From assembly GCA_009859145.1 (NCBI GenBank), contig VRVR01000002.1:256724-320723 (forward strand): DNA of 64,000 bases. Direction: 5' to 3'. The stretch comes from Andalucia godoyi And28 (taxonomy: Eukaryota; Protista; Jakobida). Below, piece by piece: positions 41,787 to 52,620 of this stretch. The notes under the pieces were generated by a model. That model did no database searches. It was given only the letters and a program-made list of their open reading frames with translations, and was not told the origin of the DNA. Position 1 is the first letter of the stretch, and each line of letters opens with the position of its first letter. The translations under genes and the position numbers were made by a program.

Positions 41787-44700
41787 ATGAATCCTCCCGT
41801 CGGCCTGCTATTGTTTTGTTTATTTGTTTTCATCCTCATTTCTCCGTCGTTTGCATCGTCGTCTCTCTACGTATCGCAATTTGGTTCAGACCACTTGGGG
41901 AATGGATCATCTGCACTGCCGTACCAATCTCTTTTGCGGGCCTCGCAGCAATGCTCTGCACAAAATCAGCCGAGTGAACACTGTTCGATCGTCTTGCTAT
42001 CCAGCATCTCGTTGTCGTCGACGGTTCGGATGTCGGATTTCTTTCACCAGTCAATCGAGCTGCAGGGTTCTGGGTTTTCAATGCACTGCCAGCCGGGAGT
42101 GAACCTCACATTCGCAAATAACGGAAATGTGACATTGAACGGCATTTCATTGGCTGGAAATTCCCCTTGCGTGGTCATTATCAATTCGAGTGTTGTGCTG
42201 TCCAACGGTGTTGTTGACATGGATGTTGCCTCTGCTGCAGTAACGGTTCAGAACGGTTCTGTTATTCGAATTACAGAGTTTACGTTTTTGTCGCAGAGCG
42301 TTTCGGCTCTGAGTAGCACTGTAACGTCGCAAAGCGCATTGCATTTGTGGGCAGACTCGACGTCCGCGCTGTTTCTTTCGCTCGTGAACATCACAGGCTG
42401 GAGCTCTCCTCCAAGCTTTGTGTTCCAACTGGGCATCGCACCGCCTTCGATCAGCAGCACTGGCAATGCGTCTCTTGATCATGTAATCTGCTCGTCCTTC
42501 AATTCGATGTCAAGCGTGTCAACAGCTGTGTTCGGTGCATGCATTCAGATCACAGCGACAGCATCGTCGGCGGCAACTATGCTTCGCATCACGAATTCTC
42601 TCTTCTCAAACCATTCTTTACCGAATGGAGGTCCCATCCGAATCATGAGCAAATCCTCGCGTGTTTATTTGGACGATGTCATGTTTGCGCAGAACTATGC
42701 CTCTGGAGTGGGAGGCGGGCTCTACATGGACAGCGTAGATGCTGTTGTTGCTACGAACATCTTTGCGAATGGGTGTGAAGGTTTTGGGGCCATTATGTAC
42801 TTATCAGATCCTTTTTCTTATTCCCCCGCGACGATTGTGATCCGAAACTTCACAGCATCTAGCTCTGTCCTGCCCAGCACGGTTCTGGTATATGTGATGG
42901 CATCGTTCTCAATTTCGGATTTCAGGCTCTCAACATTGGGATTGCTAGATAGCCCTCTCGGAGGATGCTTTCAGGTTATCGACGGAGTCAATGCTGCATT
43001 GGATTTCGTTACATTTTCGTCCGGCAGCATTGTGAATTCCTTCATTAGCAGCTGTTTTGGCGTGATTTTGACCGAGCCGGGTGTCATTCGGAGCGCAGAG
43101 GTGTCCTTTTGGAACATCTATGTTTCTTGCATCATCAAGCCAGGTCAAGCCGGCACTCTTATTCCGACTTCTGTCCTGTCTCTGTTTTCTGCATCGTCTA
43201 CAACCTTCCGCGTTGCACAAGTGACTTTCTACAGGGTATCATATTCTCCGCAAGCGGCCTCCTTCCCCGCTCCGATAGGCGTGCTACTGTACGTTATGCC
43301 CAGCATTTTCGCATCTCTGCAAAGCGGGCAGATCACCACGATCTTCGACAGCTGTGTCGTGGAAAGTACTGCCTCGTATTCAGTTTTCAACACACCGTTG
43401 CTTCAGTTTTCAGAACTGTTGATCATCAACAATTCCTTATTTCTAAGCAACTTCGGGGAAGGATGCATCCTCCAGTCGGGACAGCGGTCTGTATTGCATG
43501 TTTACAACTCCACCTTTGCGGAGAACACAGTTGGCAGCTATTCTGGTTCTGTGATATGCTATTCCTCGGATGCTGCAGGTGTTGGTGGGTCCTCTCTCGT
43601 CCCTGTGATGGCTCTATTTTCCATGTGCGTATTCGCGAATAACAGTGGACCCTCCAGTCAAGGGGTTGCACTGTCTATCCGTGATAGTTCGGCGGTGACG
43701 GCTGCTCGTGTCATCATGGACGGCCTCACATTTACAAACAACTTTTGTGCTTCTTCTGTACAGGATTTGACGTCTCCGTTATGTTTTGGGTCCGCTGTGT
43801 TCATTGGATCTGGCTATAAAGTGGATGTTTCTGCATCCATATTTTCCGGAAATGGAGGGGTTTCCGCCCTCAATGGGTACGGCGGCGCCATGTATATCGC
43901 GCATTCAGGTGTCTTCATAACTGAAACGTCGTTTCTGAACAACTTTGCTGCTTTCTCGTTCTTTGATGCTCAAGGTGGCGCTATATATGCTGATTTTGAT
44001 TCTGATGTTCAAATCGGAGCATCTGTTTCCTTCATTGGCAATTATGCGAGTGTGCAGTTTCTGAACGGAGACGGCGGGGCTATCTACACACGAGGTATGT
44101 TGTCCATGTATGCGAGTCAGATATTGTTTATGCAGAATCGAGCCTACAACGGAGGTGCAATACTTTGCGCTTCCACGTGCTCCATGAAAATATATGGTGT
44201 ATCTTTTCTGGAAAACTGTGCGACTCTTCGCGGCGGCACAATTCTCGTGGCAGCAGGTGACGTGGCGGCGTTCGTGGAAATGTCGACATGTGTTTTCAAT
44301 AACTCAGGCGGCTGTTCTCCACATACGCTGATTCAGGGTGGCGCAGTTTTCAGTCTGCGTAACGGCTTCATGATTACCGAATCCACATTCTTTGGGTCAC
44401 GGAATGTACATGCGGGCGGTGTGTTGTACTCTTCCGCGCCGTTTGTCCTCGAGAACTGTGTCATGGCGAATAACTCGGCTGTGGCTGCGGGTGGTTGTGT
44501 GTTTTTTGATGTTGCGACGTGCATGGGAGGAATCCTGTCGCAATGTGGCATTGTTTCACGGCAGACTACATCCTCGATTTTCATGGATGCGGCGTCGGTG
44601 AACAGCGCTGTTGGAAATACTGTTTCACAAGGTGGCGGTGCCGTATTGTTCTTGAGCGGTATGTCCGAAGCTATCAATTCCACTTTTATGAACATTTATG

Positions 44701-46982
44701 TGTTACCGATCTCGTCTCTACTGATCAGCACTGTACGTCAATTGGTTCAGCGAGGAAATCTCGCGTTGTATGGACCTGGAGTAGCTTCATCCTCAACGTA
44801 CGCCGAGCTCTCGCCTTTAGGGTCGCCGTCGGTCAATGTATCGGAACCATTTAGCGCGGTTGTCTACCCTGGGCAGCAGTTTTCGCTGCGAGTTCAGTTG
44901 TTTGATTATTATTTGCAGCGCGTGTATGGGCACGGGGATGATGATCTGACGCTGTATATCTTCGCTTTGCCGACAGCGGATTCCAGTCCCGCCCCTTCCA
45001 ATGCGATCGTTGGGCAATTGTTTTCGACGTTGAGAAACGCAGAAGGTGCATTTTTGGGCCTATCGATGAGCCAGATGAATTCCACTGTGGATGCATTTTT
45101 TTTGACGGTCGGAAGTTCACCGATATACGAAGACACCTCAATGGTTGTTTCACGGGAACCTTTCTTGGTGAGTCTTGCTTCCTGTCCTCCGGGGTTTAGC
45201 TTTGTTCAAACCCAGTGCCAACCGTGTCCAACAGGACAGTATTCGCTGGTGGACGATGCTTTTGTTTGCCATTCTTGCGATCAGTTTGAAAAAGCCAGTC
45301 AAGGAAGCTGCGTGCTTTCCGGCGCCGCAGTCATTTCATTCCCCGGTTATTACTTGTATCCGGCGTCCAATGGCATCATCTCGGCTGCGGTGTGCCCATT
45401 AACCGAGACTTGCAATGGGGTCAGCTCCTATGCGAATTTCAGTGCGGATGGCGACACCGTGTCTTACCTTGGCTCCAATCAGGAAGACATCTCACTCGTT
45501 GGTTCCTTTTTGAGACCTGGAGAAACTCGCAACCAGTGTCGTAAGGGCCACACGGGGTTCCTCTGTGGCAGCTGTTTACCGGATTGGTCATACTGGGGTT
45601 CCTTGTGCGTGGATTGTTCTAATCCTGCGCATTGGGTTGTCGCCGTATTCATTTTCTGTGGATTGGTCTATGTCCTGTTTGTGCACTATATTTCGCAGGC
45701 TTCTGGTGCGTCGTTCAAAATTGTCATGTCGTATTTGCAGCTTGCCGCGATCCTTTCCCGAGACGATCACCAGCTTTCGTTTGTGTCCATTTCATTTTTC
45801 CGTTTCGAAACTGGCGGATCTTGCCCGTTCTACAGATCTATTTCGCAAGTGTTTTGGGTAAACACTTCGATTCCTTTTGTGCTCTATTTCCTGCTCGGAT
45901 TCCTGGCTGTGGGCTTGCTTCTGACACGACAGTATTCGTCAGTCGTTGAGCACATTGGATCGCCTCGAATAGCGCGCCTCTTTCGAATTCGCTCTTTCCT
46001 TCGAACTTCGTGTCTGCTTGCTTTGACATTCTATGGTGCATTCACTTCAAACTCGTTGAACTTCCTTGATTGTCAGACTTTCCCGGATATCAACAAGACC
46101 GTTCTGTTTGCGTACCCTGGATTGAGTTGTTTGGATGCCGAGTACACGAGCCATGTCTTGCCAGCTGCGCTGTCGATTATGATACTGATGGGAATAGGCT
46201 TGCCCGTTTCCGTCTTTCTAGTTTTGCTTTTCTATAAGCGCAGTGGAAGGCTCCAAGTCGAAGAAGTTGGCGATCCGTCTCGCAATCCGTTGTATGCAAC
46301 GGTTTCTCGTTCTACGTACGTCCTGGGTCCGTTCTTTGAATCGTACGAGCCTTCCTTCTGGTATTACGAGTCGATTCATCTGATACGCCGCCTGGCATTT
46401 TCGGGGTTGCCAGTGATCTTCTTTGCGGTGAGCCCGGACGTGCTGCTGGTAGATAGCTTATCGTATTCCTTTTTGTCTGTGTTTTTCCTGATATTGCACC
46501 TGGTTCTCCGGCCGTTTCGACACGAAGTCGACAACCATTTGGAAGAAGCTTCTCTGTTTTCCCTTGTTCTTCTTGCGTTCATTCATGGGTTGGATGCCGC
46601 TGTAATATATGGAAATTCGAGCTCCGTGAATGATTCAAACCGTCCGTATCGACTCGTATTCGTTGTGGTGTTTTTCTTTTCCATTTCATATCTCGTCCTC
46701 GTTGCGTTTGTCCACAAACTTCAGTTGCTAGTTCTTGGAAATACAACCGCAAAACCGACATCTTTCCTCGGTCGCTGGCTTTGGAACTTTCGATCATTTT
46801 TCTCATTCAATCGCGAACACGCAAAGAAAAATTCAGTGGAACTGCTACCGCTGGAAATGTCGTCTTTAAATTCAGAGGAAGGAGCTTCGGCATCCGGAAC
46901 AGGGTATTCCTTCAGTGTTCATGGCGTTAGTGAAGGGCAGCTATCGACGCCTCTTCTCGGAAACGAAGAGGCTCAAGGTTGA
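41787..46982 (+). CDS. Large cell-surface multipass membrane protein: signal peptide, Pmp-like GGA(I/V)/FxxN beta-helix repeats, Cys-rich region, C-terminal multi-TM domain
   Basis: Signal peptide MNPPVGLLLFCLFVFILISPSFA; repeats GGGLY, GGAMY, GGAIY, GGAIL, GGAVF; CPPGF..CQPCPTGQYS; CRKGHTGFLCGSC; several hydrophobic helices with FWYYE..RR and RPF motifs. Confidence 0.85.
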   Translation: MNPPVGLLLFCLFVFILISPSFASSSLYVSQFGSDHLGNGSSALPYQSLLRASQQCSAQNQPSEHCSIVLLSSISLSSTVRMSDFFHQSIELQGSGFSMHCQPGVNLTFANNGNVTLNGISLAGNSPCVVIINSSVVLSNGVVDMDVASAAVTVQNGSVIRITEFTFLSQSVSALSSTVTSQSALHLWADSTSALFLSLVNITGWSSPPSFVFQLGIAPPSISSTGNASLDHVICSSFNSMSSVSTAVFGACIQITATASSAATMLRITNSLFSNHSLPNGGPIRIMSKSSRVYLDDVMFAQNYASGVGGGLYMDSVDAVVATNIFANGCEGFGAIMYLSDPFSYSPATIVIRNFTASSSVLPSTVLVYVMASFSISDFRLSTLGLLDSPLGGCFQVIDGVNAALDFVTFSSGSIVNSFISSCFGVILTEPGVIRSAEVSFWNIYVSCIIKPGQAGTLIPTSVLSLFSASSTTFRVAQVTFYRVSYSPQAASFPAPIGVLLYVMPSIFASLQSGQITTIFDSCVVESTASYSVFNTPLLQFSELLIINNSLFLSNFGEGCILQSGQRSVLHVYNSTFAENTVGSYSGSVICYSSDAAGVGGSSLVPVMALFSMCVFANNSGPSSQGVALSIRDSSAVTAARVIMDGLTFTNNFCASSVQDLTSPLCFGSAVFIGSGYKVDVSASIFSGNGGVSALNGYGGAMYIAHSGVFITETSFLNNFAAFSFFDAQGGAIYADFDSDVQIGASVSFIGNYASVQFLNGDGGAIYTRGMLSMYASQILFMQNRAYNGGAILCASTCSMKIYGVSFLENCATLRGGTILVAAGDVAAFVEMSTCVFNNSGGCSPHTLIQGGAVFSLRNGFMITESTFFGSRNVHAGGVLYSSAPFVLENCVMANNSAVAAGGCVFFDVATCMGGILSQCGIVSRQTTSSIFMDAASVNSAVGNTVSQGGGAVLFLSGMSEAINSTFMNIYVLPISSLLISTVRQLVQRGNLALYGPGVASSSTYAELSPLGSPSVNVSEPFSAVVYPGQQFSLRVQLFDYYLQRVYGHGDDDLTLYIFALPTADSSPAPSNAIVGQLFSTLRNAEGAFLGLSMSQMNSTVDAFFLTVGSSPIYEDTSMVVSREPFLVSLASCPPGFSFVQTQCQPCPTGQYSLVDDAFVCHSCDQFEKASQGSCVLSGAAVISFPGYYLYPASNGIISAAVCPLTETCNGVSSYANFSADGDTVSYLGSNQEDISLVGSFLRPGETRNQCRKGHTGFLCGSCLPDWSYWGSLCVDCSNPAHWVVAVFIFCGLVYVLFVHYISQASGASFKIVMSYLQLAAILSRDDHQLSFVSISFFRFETGGSCPFYRSISQVFWVNTSIPFVLYFLLGFLAVGLLLTRQYSSVVEHIGSPRIARLFRIRSFLRTSCLLALTFYGAFTSNSLNFLDCQTFPDINKTVLFAYPGLSCLDAEYTSHVLPAALSIMILMGIGLPVSVFLVLLFYKRSGRLQVEEVGDPSRNPLYATVSRSTYVLGPFFESYEPSFWYYESIHLIRRLAFSGLPVIFFAVSPDVLLVDSLSYSFLSVFFLILHLVLRPFRHEVDNHLEEASLFSLVLLAFIHGLDAAVIYGNSSSVNDSNRPYRLVFVVVFFFSISYLVLVAFVHKLQLLVLGNTTAKPTSFLGRWLWNFRSFFSFNREHAKKNSVELLPLEMSSLNSEEGASASGTGYSFSVHGVSEGQLSTPLLGNEEAQG

Positions 46983-47293
46983 ATCAATATTTTTACTTTT
47001 TACTTTTTACTTTTTAATTTAATAGTGATAATATTAATATTGATAATAAACGACACGAAGTGTGACACTGCTCTGATGGGGTTGATGCTAGGGATTGCCA
47101 AGGATCCTTGTTGCATATGTTGGCATCATCGTCAAAACCGACAGGAACGATGTGTGTGGCAGCAGAAGACGATCATTCGTTGAATGTCGCGAGTTGCGAA
47201 CGGCCAAAAACACACTGAGAAATCCCAATATTGAATCATTGAGTGCTTTTAAAACGACATTCAACAAACGGTGTGCTCTGTGTTCAGCACGAA

Positions 47294-49081
47294 ATGAATC
47301 CCGACGGTGAACCGGGCTCCGATTCACGTCTAATCGAGGGCGATCCGGAAGATGACCAGGACTTGGTCATTTTCGACGCGGCTAGTCCGTCTTCTTCTTC
47401 TGCAAACAGTGCAAAACCAGTGCTTCCTTCGCATGAATCTGTTGCGTCTTCTGCATTTGACTTCGTTGAATCTGAAGAAACTGTGGTCATTAGTGCTTCA
47501 TCGGACAGCGTCGATGCCGTTTCGGAAGCCATTACAGATGCCAACTACAATTGTACCAAGCAGGAACCTGCCCTCTCCAATGATCAGCTTTATCGCGACG
47601 ATTTGCGACAAGGTGTTCAGCCGCATGCACAACAGCAATTTCAAGGGAAAGAAGAAGAAGATGAGGATGATGAAAAAGAAAAAAAAGAAGAAAAAGAAGA
47701 AGAACAGAATTCTCCGAGTTTACAATGTGGAAAGGACGACAGCGAAAAGGCGCACAAAAGGAGGAGCGACGGGACGCTGCCTCCACTCATCTACACGGAC
47801 GAACCGGAAATGGATGATCAAGGAATGGAATCAACAAACGCAGGACGTCCATCGGCGAGCACGCCAAAGTCAGAGGACTCGTCTGCATCTGATTTTTCGT
47901 CGTCGCTGGAGAATTTTTCGGAACTGGAAGTCGCTCGATCGCGACGAACCGAGAGCCAGTCGATGATTGATAGCTTGTCTGCATCCGCGACGTTTGCACT
48001 CGCGTCTGCGCGGCGGTCGCAACAAATTGCGGAACTGCAGGAACAGATGAAGTCTGTCTATCAGCCTTTGGAAGCATTGGAGAACGAATGGATGAATGTC
48101 TTGAATGCAAAACTGGAAAGCGATTCCAACGAAGACATCGACAGTAGCATCAGGGTGTTTGTGGGGACTTGGAACATGCACGGCGAAGAACCGCCATGGT
48201 CTCTTTCACCCTTTGTTGTTCCTGGGGAGCACGATATTTACGCAATTGGGACTCAGGAGTGCGAACGCTCTATCGAGAAGTCGTTCACGAATGAAAGCAA
48301 GGAAGTTTGGGAGCGGAAACTATTGGACACCTTTGGAAACGGATATGTCCCCATCGGATTTTATACGCTCATGGCGATCCATATTGGTGTCTTTATCCGC
48401 GCTGACCTCTTGAAGCACGTAGCAATGATAGAAAAGGGCCATATTGCAACAGGGCTCATGAACGGCCGAATTGGAAACAAAGGTGGTGTTGGAATATCGT
48501 TCCGCCTCGGCCAAACTCGGTTTCTTTTTGTCGCATCCCACTTTGCAGCTCATCAAACCCGTATTGACGATCGAAATCAAGATTTTCAACGAATAGCAGA
48601 GTTCTTTCGAGTGTATGAACAAGGCGCACACGACCGAGTGTTCTGGTGTGGCGATTTGAATTACCGCATCAATGGAAACCGAAGGGCGGTTGACTCGCTC
48701 ATCTCGAAACAATACCTTGAAGTTCTCGTCGCGAATGATCAGCTGCGGACTGAAAGGTTGAAAAGAAGCGTCTTTCAGCACTTTTCAGAAGGAATGATCT
48801 TGTTCAGACCGACTTACAAGTTCGACACAAGCGTCCAACACATTGATCGGTACGATTCGTCGAAGAAACAGCGTGTCCCTGCGTGGACAGATCGGGTCCT
48901 GTGGAAAACATCTCCGTTCATTCGATTGGAAAAGTACGCATCGTGCGAAACCATGCGAAACTCCGATCACCGACCCGTGTTTGCAGTGTTCCATGTCGAC
49001 TGCGTGTTGAACCAAGAAGCAAACAAAAACAGTCACAAGCCCCTTCCGAATTCCAAGAGCAAAACGTGCTCGGTAATGTGA
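47294..49081 (+). CDS. INPP5E: Inositol polyphosphate 5-phosphatase, INPP5E-like, ending in CaaX (CSVM)
   Basis: VGTWNM, IYAIGTQE, NKGGVGISF, FWCGDLNYRI, PAWTDRVLW and SDHRPV. A disordered N-terminus plus a C-terminal CaaX box is the INPP5E architecture. Confidence 0.8.
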   Translation: MNPDGEPGSDSRLIEGDPEDDQDLVIFDAASPSSSSANSAKPVLPSHESVASSAFDFVESEETVVISASSDSVDAVSEAITDANYNCTKQEPALSNDQLYRDDLRQGVQPHAQQQFQGKEEEDEDDEKEKKEEKEEEQNSPSLQCGKDDSEKAHKRRSDGTLPPLIYTDEPEMDDQGMESTNAGRPSASTPKSEDSSASDFSSSLENFSELEVARSRRTESQSMIDSLSASATFALASARRSQQIAELQEQMKSVYQPLEALENEWMNVLNAKLESDSNEDIDSSIRVFVGTWNMHGEEPPWSLSPFVVPGEHDIYAIGTQECERSIEKSFTNESKEVWERKLLDTFGNGYVPIGFYTLMAIHIGVFIRADLLKHVAMIEKGHIATGLMNGRIGNKGGVGISFRLGQTRFLFVASHFAAHQTRIDDRNQDFQRIAEFFRVYEQGAHDRVFWCGDLNYRINGNRRAVDSLISKQYLEVLVANDQLRTERLKRSVFQHFSEGMILFRPTYKFDTSVQHIDRYDSSKKQRVPAWTDRVLWKTSPFIRLEKYASCETMRNSDHRPVFAVFHVDCVLNQEANKNSHKPLPNSKSKTCSVM

Positions 49082-49229
49082 AGGACTTCGTGGAATGCAG
49101 CAGCGACAAAGCTATGTAATTTTCAAGATCACGTGACATTGTAGTATATGAAGAGAAATCACAGTAGAGTGCTTTCCCTGCCCATCCTGCGAAAAAACAA
49201 TCTTGCTCGATCCAATGTGTCGTCGCCTG

Positions 49230-49886
49230 TCAGGAAAACTTGCCACCTTTGCTTTGAAACTCTTGGAGAAATGTCATGAACGTCTTTGCGTTCGACTTGT
49301 TTGCGTTCGGTTTCGAGATGAACCTTGCAAGTTTCGGTGCCGTGGATTTCTTAGCCCCACTTGTGGGTGCGAGTGCGAGTGCTGCCTGCGAGCCTTCCGA
49401 GGTCGTACCGCCAGACGCATCTTCGCTGACCAGCGTGGCAGAGCGCGATGTGTGCACCTCACGTGAAGAGACGTTCGCGTCGCTGACCGTGCCTCGCTGC
49501 GAATCACGGAGGGCTCGCATCTTTTCAGGGTGCTCGAGCATTTGTGATTTGAAATTCTCAATGGCTTTGCGGTACACACGGTTGTATGGCTTGAGACGTT
49601 CAACCTCGGCTTGCACCCAATCGCGCAGCTCCGCATCCATACGTTCGTCAGTTGAAAATTCATACGAAGGCATAAATCCATTGCGGACGGTACTTGTGAT
49701 GGGCACAGAAACCAACAGTGCAGCTTCTAAGGCCTTTCTGCGTCGAAAATCCAGCAAAACGGAGTGTATTCGTTGCATCTTCAGTCGAAATGCAGCTTCC
49801 TGAACGGTGCTGCGAAGTTCTTTCTCGCACACTTCGACAGCAAGGCATCGCAATCGATTCGTAACTATAATCGATCTCGAATCCAT
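49230..49886 (-). CDS. Hypothetical helical protein (~218 aa)
   Basis: ORF with charged helical composition. Likely ATG at 49886 (MDSRSII); an upstream exon cannot be excluded. Confidence 0.65.
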   Translation of the reverse strand: MDSRSIIVTNRLRCLAVEVCEKELRSTVQEAAFRLKMQRIHSVLLDFRRRKALEAALLVSVPITSTVRNGFMPSYEFSTDERMDAELRDWVQAEVERLKPYNRVYRKAIENFKSQMLEHPEKMRALRDSQRGTVSDANVSSREVHTSRSATLVSEDASGGTTSEGSQAALALAPTSGAKKSTAPKLARFISKPNANKSNAKTFMTFLQEFQSKGGKFS

Positions 49887-50252
49887 CCATGCACTCGCAG
49901 ACACTTGGAATGGTAAAAAGAGTATTTTTGAATTCAAGAAATCCTCAGCCAGGGTCTTGCTCTCTCTCTCTCTCTCTCTCTTTGTGTGGGTATTCTGCGC
50001 ACTCTGCAGCACTATCTGAGGCCTGATCTAGCTCTTTCGTATAACAGATTGTCGAGCGAGAAGAAAACGGCAATCAGAGCTTCAGAGAACGCTTGGGAAA
50101 ACTAGAAATGGCCTCAACTGGTATGAGCATACGGGGTTTTTCTTCGTCCTTCATTGATTTCAGCCATTCAGCCATTCAGCCATTCGTTGCTTCGTTCCTT
50201 CGTTCTTTCGTTTGGGGGAACGAGGGTGCAGTGCTTTTTTTCCCCGAGTGTG

Positions 50253-50876
50253 ATGTCGCAGCATGCAACAACGTATGAAATCCTCGTTGACAATGAGTTT
50301 GTTGCAAATGTAACGGTTCGGCCACGAATGCGGATCCGTCCTGGACACAGCATCGAACTCGTTGTCGACCATCGATCGTCTCAGTGGAAATGCCTGCGAA
50401 TTGCGATTTCTCTTCGGGGCATAGAGCGCTCTTACGCTCAAGGTGATAATCCTTCCAGCCCCAACGTCTTCCATCCCGGATCCGATGAACTCCTATCAAA
50501 AGCAATTCTTCATTGTGAATTCGCGGTGTTTTCCACGACCAATTTGCTGATTCCGGACCGAGAAAAGGACATGTTTTACCAGCTTTCGTTTGTGTTTACG
50601 CTAGAGAAGAAGGTTAGAGTCTTGGGGTGGCTTTGGGACTCTGAAAAGCTGGAGTCTCGGCAGCTGAAATGGGTCTTGGATCTGAATCGTGACAACGGCT
50701 TGCGCGGCATGGCCAGTGCAGAGGGTCTGCCTGCTGGCTTCCAAGGCTCACCAGACGGCGACGGTGCTTTTCAGAACAATGAGACGCGAGACCAAGTGTT
50801 TCCCGTCGGCGATTCCGATATCCACTCTGAACTGTCTTCTCGATGTTCGTCACCTGTTATTCTTAATCCAGGCTGA
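50253..50876 (+). CDS. Hypothetical beta-sandwich protein, weakly RGP1/arrestin-like
   Basis: ATG at 50253. The segment PGHSIELVVDHRSSQWKCLRIAISLRGIE recalls the RGP1 C-terminal half (weak). Confidence 0.5.
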   Translation: MSQHATTYEILVDNEFVANVTVRPRMRIRPGHSIELVVDHRSSQWKCLRIAISLRGIERSYAQGDNPSSPNVFHPGSDELLSKAILHCEFAVFSTTNLLIPDREKDMFYQLSFVFTLEKKVRVLGWLWDSEKLESRQLKWVLDLNRDNGLRGMASAEGLPAGFQGSPDGDGAFQNNETRDQVFPVGDSDIHSELSSRCSSPVILNPG

Positions 50877-51016
50877 AAAAATACAAATTCAAGTTGTATG
50901 CAACTGAATCTCGGTTTTTTGCATCGTGAAAATCTGCAAGATTTGATATGGATGCATGTTGTTTGTTTGTTTGTTTTTTTTTTGAATCCCACTCGAGGAA
51001 GAAGAAGAAACGCAAA

Positions 51017-51862
51017 ATGTCCAATACTGCAAAAGGAACGATTCGCGTAGGCTGCTCCGGATGGTCGTATCGACACTGGGTGGGTCCCGGGCTCTTGTAC
51101 CCGAATGCCCGGAGCGCGGAGTGGTTTCGGCACTATTCTCACCGTTATGATACTGTTGAATTAAACAACACATTTTATCGGCTTCCACCCGTTACACAGT
51201 TTAAGAAGTGGCAAGCAGATGCTCCCCCCGGCTTCATCTTTTCTTTGAAATATTCGAGATATGGAACCCATATGAAGCGTTTGAGAGATCCGCAGGCGCA
51301 TGTTTCCGTATTTCTCGAGCGCATCGCTCCTCTGTACAGTGTCGGTCCGATTCTGGTGCAGTTACCTCCAAAATTTGCATGTGATCTGGAACGATTGCGT
51401 GGTTTCGTCGACGCATGCTTGCAGCTGGACGCCGGGAACCACGACTGGGTTATCGAGTTTCGGGATCCATCGTGGTACAACTCCAAGGTGTTTTCACTGC
51501 TTCAAGAGAAAAATGTTGGCGTGTGCATCCACGACGCTCTTGGGCATCTGAGCATGGACTTTTCTCTGTGCACGAGCCGCACGGTGTACGTTCGCTTCCA
51601 CGGCATCCTGCAACCCAGAGGACGGTACACTGCTCCATATCTGCAGGAGTGCGCGCAAAAAGTGTGCGAGATGGCTCAACACGGAAAGAACGTGTGGGTG
51701 TATTTCAACAATGACACTGGCGGCTGGGCCCTGCATAACTCGGCAGATTTCATCCGTGATGTGAACGCCCACGGAGGCTGTGTGCCGTTGAATAGTAACA
51801 CGTCGTTGTCATGCATACGGAAGTATACAGAAACAGACACGGTCAATACCGGCCGACACTAG
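51017..51862 (+). CDS. DUF72 (YecE-like) TIM-barrel protein, bacterial-type
   Basis: IRVGCSGWSYRHW, VELNNTFYRLP, LVQLPPKF, IEFRDPSW, YVRFHG and VYFNND are the DUF72 motifs. Intronless. Confidence 0.92.
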   Translation: MSNTAKGTIRVGCSGWSYRHWVGPGLLYPNARSAEWFRHYSHRYDTVELNNTFYRLPPVTQFKKWQADAPPGFIFSLKYSRYGTHMKRLRDPQAHVSVFLERIAPLYSVGPILVQLPPKFACDLERLRGFVDACLQLDAGNHDWVIEFRDPSWYNSKVFSLLQEKNVGVCIHDALGHLSMDFSLCTSRTVYVRFHGILQPRGRYTAPYLQECAQKVCEMAQHGKNVWVYFNNDTGGWALHNSADFIRDVNAHGGCVPLNSNTSLSCIRKYTETDTVNTGRH

Positions 51863-52620
51863 CACGTTGCTGTGACACAGGCTCCGCATTTTCGACACTC
51901 TTTAACGCAGCATCCGTGGCCATCTATTCTATCATTCGTTCAGCGCACTGCCAAGAGGCGAACTTCCAAGACACGATCTCCAATCCCCAGCACGCAGGGC
52001 AGCCAACCCCAAACAGAAGCCTCAGGGACCGTCTCTTGCAGAACTCGTGGTTTTCTGCTACGATGCACCAGGCGCAGTCGCAGTCGCAAAACCCCACCGT
52101 CTTTCTACCACCTCTTCCTCTCGTCTCTCCAGTTGCATCAATCGCTGCAACTGCGGACACGAAAGCGCCTGCTGCTAGGGCCGTCAGAATCCAAATGCAC
52201 CCTTCTCACGAACAACGTGCCACGCCGAGAAAGTGGCTCACAGATTGATCGAGATTGGGAGCGGAGCGCGGAACATGTATCTGAAGAACGCCGTGAGGTG
52301 TGTTGGGGGCCTATCCCCTTCCCGGCAACGGGGTGCAAGTTTGAATATGCATGTCTATTCGTTGACAAGCATGTTCAGTGTATAATGTAGGCGCAACCAT
52401 GCCCACCCCACTCTGCAACTTGGCTCCAACTGCTGTAAAGACGGCCGCCGCACAGCCCAGCTTCGAGGAGGAAACCTGAAAGGTGATTGTTTTATTATCA
52501 TTTTACTATTAATATTTTATTGTATTTTTGAATTTGTTATTGTAAATAGTGGGAAAATTGTCGTTTGGGAAATCATCGAATTTTGAGAAATTCCTTCGGA
52601 CAGGAGGGGGGAAAAGAATA

